NCBI RefSeq assembly: GCF_023055435.1
Contig: NW_025964361.1
Location: 1,178,001-1,242,000, forward strand
Origin: Haliotis rufescens
Lineage: Eukaryota
Length of the DNA stretch: 64,000 nt
Direction: 5' to 3'
Below, piece by piece: positions 61,881 to 64,000 of this stretch. The translations under genes and the position numbers were made by a program. Each line of letters begins with the position of its first letter. Within the stretch, counting starts at the first letter, position 1. The notes under the pieces were generated by a model, which saw nothing but the letters and a program-made list of their open reading frames with translations, did not search any database and was not told where the DNA came from.

Positions 61881-64000
61881 GAAAGGTACATTCTGAATGG
61901 ACTCCAAAGTAACCATCAGTGACTCCATACACAGACTGGAGCCAATATAATCTTATAAAAATCAAAAACTAAAAAATGCTTTTATTAAAAAGAAAGCATT
62001 ACCATCTACACCATATTTTGATTGTTGAATTAACTTATTTCTCCACACACATCCAGCTCCATATAATAAAATTCAATAGTTACCCATATGTCTTCTAATT
62101 GGGAAGAAAACTCAACCCTATCTCGGCAATAAAATCTTTACAATATAAACCCAGCAACATGACAGGAGAAGTACCCTGAAGTGAAGCATAAATTTGATAG
62201 GAAGGTGTAAGCTTATGCCACCATCCAGGGCTAGTATATCACTCCAAGATAATGGGCTATATATACCCTCCGTGAGCTTTGTTCTCCCGTTTGATACATA
62301 GGACACCCGTAGTGGCTAATTATACAAGCAATTATCACATGCCAAGGGAGATAATTCTCGACATTTGCCGTAGTGTTTATTGCAAGTGATGGCTCTCCCA
62401 GGCACGACCCTCCAGAAGCTAATCATATCAGAAAGCTGGTAACCGAGTCTATCTGATGTATTTGTATGTATCGCTGCCTTTACCTACAGTTTAGAGTGTG
62501 GTTTTTACAGACTGATATACAACTAATTGACTCGGGAGTATTGGACGCCTATACTTTAAGTAAACTCTCACCACCAAGACAGCCACATGCTGAATTGAGA
62601 TTTAAGAAGCCTCCTTTTGCTTCAGTGAAGATAGATTTATGCATTTAATTGCACCCTTTACAGACCTGCAAATGCTAATACCACATAGCTGGCCGGATTC
62701 GTTAGATTCATGCCTACTTAAGCCACCCCAAAACACACAGGGACAGACTTCTGGAGATCCATCAGTACAAGACTCCTGAAAATCTAGAACCTAAAAGATC
62801 TAGTTGTAAACCACTAGTCCGAAATGAGCTGCAGATTAGTTGAATATGACCAGTGGTGTCTACCACTGACACAGTGAATGGTTGGTGTTGAGTATATGAG
62901 TTATATTACAGCTCAGCTTGATATGGTGAAACCAATAATCACCTTTTGGTCTCTCGGTGTTCATAATCAAGGCTCTCAGTTATCTGGGGTGCCAGATATC
63001 AGAACTCTCCTTCCCTCTGTTAATATCTGGCTATGATGTTATAAAAATATTGTATTTGAAGGAATTATCAATCAATAGTTAACACATTATGGCCATGTGA
63101 GAAATTAAACCCGGCCTTCGGCATCAGAAGCTAAAACACTGACTGGTATAGCCTACCCACCTCACTGGATAACTGTCACAAATCTCCCCGAGGCAAACAT
63201 TAGTAACACTATAGACAGGTACAATATTCAAAAGCTGGACATCATTAACAATCTATTAACCTTTAGAGACAAGTATCATTTCTCAAAATCCTCCTGCTTT
63301 TTAAACACACAATCGTGTAATTGATCCCAGTAATTCAATACATAAATACTCTTGTCCGCTATTTCTACTTATTATCATCTATTCTCAACCTTGTCATTTC
63401 TAGAATCACATTTCCCTATTGAAAAGGCCCTGGACATTACAGCCACACACAATATCATCCCGGCAAGATCCCCAACCTTACCTCCTTCATCCCTGAAAAG
63501 TTACCAGTTTGGAATGGCTACATAACCGTCCCTGTTACAGTGTAGCGATGTGTATCCTCTGTAACGATCCCGAGACCTGTGGCTTTACACTACACGAGCT
63601 GGCTATCAGACTGACTGATCTGACCGGCCAACCTTGTCAACACAACAAGCCACTTGTACCTAGCACATACTCTGTGTGTAGCAGTTACAAAACTTCCTTT
63701 TAAATGTCACTGCTCAAGTGCCTTACAGCCTGATCCCCAGAACAAACATGATGTCACTGGGGATTGCGGCAGGACCACTCCAATAACCACATCTCCCCTA
63801 AATGTCACTGGTGACACCCAGCCATATCATTTCAGAAATTGAATACATATGTGCAAATCAGCCCTGTTATATACATATCACTCTGGAAGACACACAATGC
63901 ACATGAATATCCATGACTTCTTTTAAAGGGCAATGTAAACATTAAATATTTTTGCTGAAGATATAGCTGTCAGCAATATTATACTACTCAAAAAAAAAGT

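Overview
Eukaryotic, intron-rich, AT-rich animal DNA; the SINE types suggest a mollusc, possibly an abalone-like gastropod (inference). Two convergent spliced genes are present. (1) The last four coding exons of a TPR protein resembling TTC6 lie on + (459-2648). (2) A near-complete BTB-BACK-Kelch gene of the KLHL1/4/5 group, closest to KLHL5, lies on - (9 phase-consistent coding exons, 11371-57988, plus a candidate upstream exon at 60120-60318), with a ~31 kb intron and a probable ~6 kb 3' UTR. Introns hold several SINE-like families (many with clear target-site duplications), TIR/MITE elements and many minisatellites. The most unusual signal is that BOTH genes have an exon-intron junction amplified into an in-frame tandem array of splice sites: 15 acceptors on a 33-bp unit in the TPR gene and 8 donors on a 63-bp unit in KLHL5. 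Several other arrays can also be traced to a pre-existing seed (SINE interior, MITE ends). Other candidates are a re-splicing AG|GTAAGA exon and a poison exon at the end of the long intron. Most long ORFs in the track are repeat artefacts. All coordinates were read by eye; repeat boundaries are approximate.
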